This document shows positions 60,800-64,000 of a stretch of DNA of 64,000 nt, piece by piece (the stretch's first letter is position 1; each line of letters starts with the position of its first letter). A program made the position numbers and the translations under genes. The stretch lies in contig OX597829.1 of the NCBI GenBank assembly GCA_951406725.2, positions 55,738,001-55,802,000 on the forward strand. The letters run 5' to 3'. The DNA comes from Octopus vulgaris. Taxonomy: Eukaryota. The notes under the pieces were generated by a model. It ran no database searches, was not told where the DNA came from, and saw nothing but the letters and a program-made list of their open reading frames with translations.

Positions 60800-62200
60800 C
60801 AAGTAGAGAGTCCGATAACATCACTACTGTTACTAACAGCCATAACTACTACTTGTGCCAACATTTCCAAATTCCCAGAATCTGCGTAAATTTATAAAAG
60901 CTCTAAAGAACAATAAAAGCCAAGTGATGCCATAGTACCATAGTATACAAATCCACCATCTTTCTATGATTACACTGAAACATTGTAGCAAGGCTAAAAC
61001 CCTTGTCATCACTAGCTTACACATACCACTATCAAAATCATAACATAGATTCAGATGTTCAACCAATACTCTACTCCCGAACCCCTACACGTACCATCCT
61101 AACTAACTTGGGCATCCGCTAAATACTAAGCCTGCATCCCCACATTCCATCGCCACCTTGCAAGAAAACATCGTGTGTATCTGGATAGCTTTTTACTACC
61201 CATAATCCAAGAGACAACTCTAACGAACTAAATATTTTCTCCTCTCTGTGTTTGGCCTGAGTGATTCCTTCCACAAATTTCGTTCAGATTTTCTAGAAGA
61301 GCTTTAAGACTCAACCGGATGTGACACTTTCAGTCCCCCAATAAGAAACAGCTCACATCATGCTGTTCCTTCCTTGCAGCCATTGGTTCTCAGCTTCTGG
61401 TATAAAACCAACAGGTAATTTGATTATTATGTGACAACAATATCATATTTCATTTCTTCTATTGACTCGCACATCTAAATATTCTGCATCACCTGAAGAA
61501 ACAACACAATGCCTGCAAGAGTATTCTTGTCACATCAATAAACTTCCAAGTTACGAGTGGAATACTGTCAGGACTTGTTCTCTCAAACACACTTTTCAAG
61601 TTGTACCTATACGGACTTTCCACACCTCCAGAGAAACACACACGCACAGGTAGCATCATAAACGTTAGCACGCCGGGCGAAATGCTTAGCGGTATTTCGT
61701 CTGCGTTACGTTGTGAGTTCAAATTCCGCCGAGGTCGACTTTGCCTTTCATCCTTTCGGGGTCGATAAATTAAGTACCAGTTACGCACTGGGGGTCGATG
61801 TAATCGACTTAATACCTATGTCTGTCCTTGTTTGTCCCCTCTGTGTTTAGCCCCTTGTGGGTAATAAAGAAATAGGTAGCATCATACATCCTTCCACCAT
61901 TCTTGAAGTTCTATTGCACAGCTGCACCTACCTACTTGATTCTGCTAGAAAGCTGAGATTCTAATAATATACTTAAAGTATCACCTACCAAATATGGTAT
62001 TGCCCTATTTATCTAGCGATCACCTGTCGCAGCAGCATAAAGATACCACACTTATAGAACAACAAAATAACAAGATGTTACGTTTAACTCCTCTACAACG
62101 TTCACAGCATATTTAGAGAAAAACAGTGACAAGGAGCTCTCTTTCTCTTACTCCCAGCTATTGGCTGGCTGTTGTCTCCCCTGAGTTTACCCGCCATTTG
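60800..62200 (+). mobile_element. Possible very old CR1/L2-type LINE relic
   Basis: C/A-rich strand bias and one RT-like fragment (FGLSDSFHKFRSDFL). Weak. Confidence 0.25.
61661..61873 (+). mobile_element. Family B SINE (long-tail subtype), 5'-truncated, 13-bp TSD
   Basis: AGGTAGCATCATA at 61648-61660 and 61874-61886. Confidence 0.9.
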
Positions 62201-64000
62201 AAATTCTTGTTTTCGTTCTACTGGGTACCAGGGCAGTCTTTATCAAGTAGGCTTGATGGTGTTACCAGTTAAGTAGAATAAGTACTACGCTTACAAAGAA
62301 TAAGTCCTGGGGCCGATTTGTTCGACTTAAGGCGGTACTCTAACACGTAAAAGAATATATATATTATACATATGCACGTACATACAGTCTTTAGACACGT
62401 AAGATTAAAAACTTGACTAGCGCATATAAATACCAGATAACTATCTGTGCTCATGCGTAATTTCATGAAGTTTTGATTTTGACTGTGTATGGGAGAATAC
62501 CCCACTTTAACTCGGGATTGGGTCAAATTGAGGAATTGTATGTTTCAAGTTACCTATCAACCATAACGTATCTTGGAAGAGAAAACTTTTTAACTTAACA
62601 TACGTAGTATTTTGTTAGCAAGTAATTAATTAGGGTAGAACAAAATAACTTAAAATAATGCAGGCAGAGTTATTTGGTGTCATTGAATGAGGTACATACT
62701 TTGAAATTAGTATTCTAAAAGGTTGTTATAACCTTTACAAATATTTGCCACCCTAATCAACCACAACAATAAAAACGAAGCAAGCTGAATGGGAAACAGA
62801 AGTTTGTTCTCAAAGCAAAAACATTTCCAGTTGAAGAAATTTCGTAAAATAGAATAAATTCATGCAAATAGAGGAAATGTATGGCACTTCGAATAATGCC
62901 CTCGGTAAGGCATTTCTTTTGCATGCCAAAGGTAGATTTCGAAGTTTCGGTCAGGGTCCGTTGAAAACTACACTTTATGGCATGCGAAATTAATTCATTT
63001 GTCGAGGATGTAGACTTTCGCTGGTCTCCATAGATCCCAGGGTTTTTTAGTTTGCTGTTCACAATGTACAAAACAGCAATTATATTCCTCAATGAAATCC
63101 ACACAACGCGCGAAAAACAGTTCTTAGTGTGCCTCTTTCTTCGTCATTAGAAAATATGAGAATAAAGGCCGTTTGTCAGGTATATAATTTATAATAAAAC
63201 TTCCATCAACTCACAATACCATTGAGAGTCATTTCAATGGAAACCAATTAGTGCATTTATCTTCAACTCGTATAGAAATGAAGTAGAAAATGGAGTATTC
63301 TAGTGTGACTTGCAGTTTGTCCTACATTCATACAGTTCAATGACAAATTTTGGATGACGTCAATGCAAGTGAAACTGAGTTGTTAGGTATCGTAGTTCAT
63401 GTTAGCAAAACTTATCCAGTCTTTCGTTTGGTGCCTTTTTTTCCAGAATGATTAACAGAGACTTTCAGAATTTTTGAGGAGTGACCTCTGGATTTTTTTA
63501 GGTGTCGGCTAGTCCAAAGCTGCTTCTGCCAAGACCCAACAGATAAAACTGTTTGCTTTATCTATTGTGTAATTTTGAGCTGGCATTGACTCCCTATATT
63601 AAATAAAACTACCGTCGACATCACGATAAATTTGTGCGTCAATGTGAATATTTTGGAAAATAAGAACGGCAGCAAAAACCATGTATAAAGAGGATTTATG
63701 CAATCATGCAGCCGTAATTTGTGCCATTATACATACGAAACCTGGCATAAACTTTTCTGCCCTTGCAAAGGCCATGAATATTAGATCATCACAAATTCAC
63801 CGCCAAAGTAATTTTAGGTATGAAAGGCACATATTTATAGAAAACTTACAGGATTAGCTACAATGGAGCATAAAACAATCTGCATAGCAAAATTCATCTT
63901 CTTCTTTAAAAGATAGTACGTTACGATGTTTTTCTGATATGGTAGCAGGAATTTGTAATCTGGTTTTGATTTTCAAATCAAAACTTAGACGCAAGTTTCA

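Noticed and set aside
62740-64000. Possible decayed DNA-transposon coding region
   Set aside because: No motif could be matched convincingly in the frames I read.

Overview
AT-rich, microsatellite-saturated eukaryotic DNA. The SINE families and repeat landscape suggest a coleoid cephalopod, probably Octopus (inference). The one host gene I can recognise is an ether-a-go-go (eag/KCNH1-like) potassium channel: its first coding exon is at 6484-6562 ([26 protein letters not shown], phase-1 GTAAGT donor). I could not find the next exon, so the remaining >57 kb appears to be a single intron. That intron holds a young, 5'-truncated Penelope-like element (PLE; RT plus C-terminal GIY-YIG) with a 647-bp inverted terminal duplication, a 36-nt tail and minimal hammerhead ribozymes (HHRs). 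It also holds decayed mariner, hAT, R4/Dong-type LINE and Helitron copies and many tRNA-derived SINEs. The most striking pattern is a dispersed set of short non-coding islands sitting in (TA)n tracts. Most are fold-back palindromes with an asymmetric tail, minimal type I HHRs, or both, from several distinct families. Some HHRs are in the sense orientation of the channel pre-mRNA and are preceded by their own antisense copy. Almost all long ORFs in the supplied track are microsatellite artefacts.
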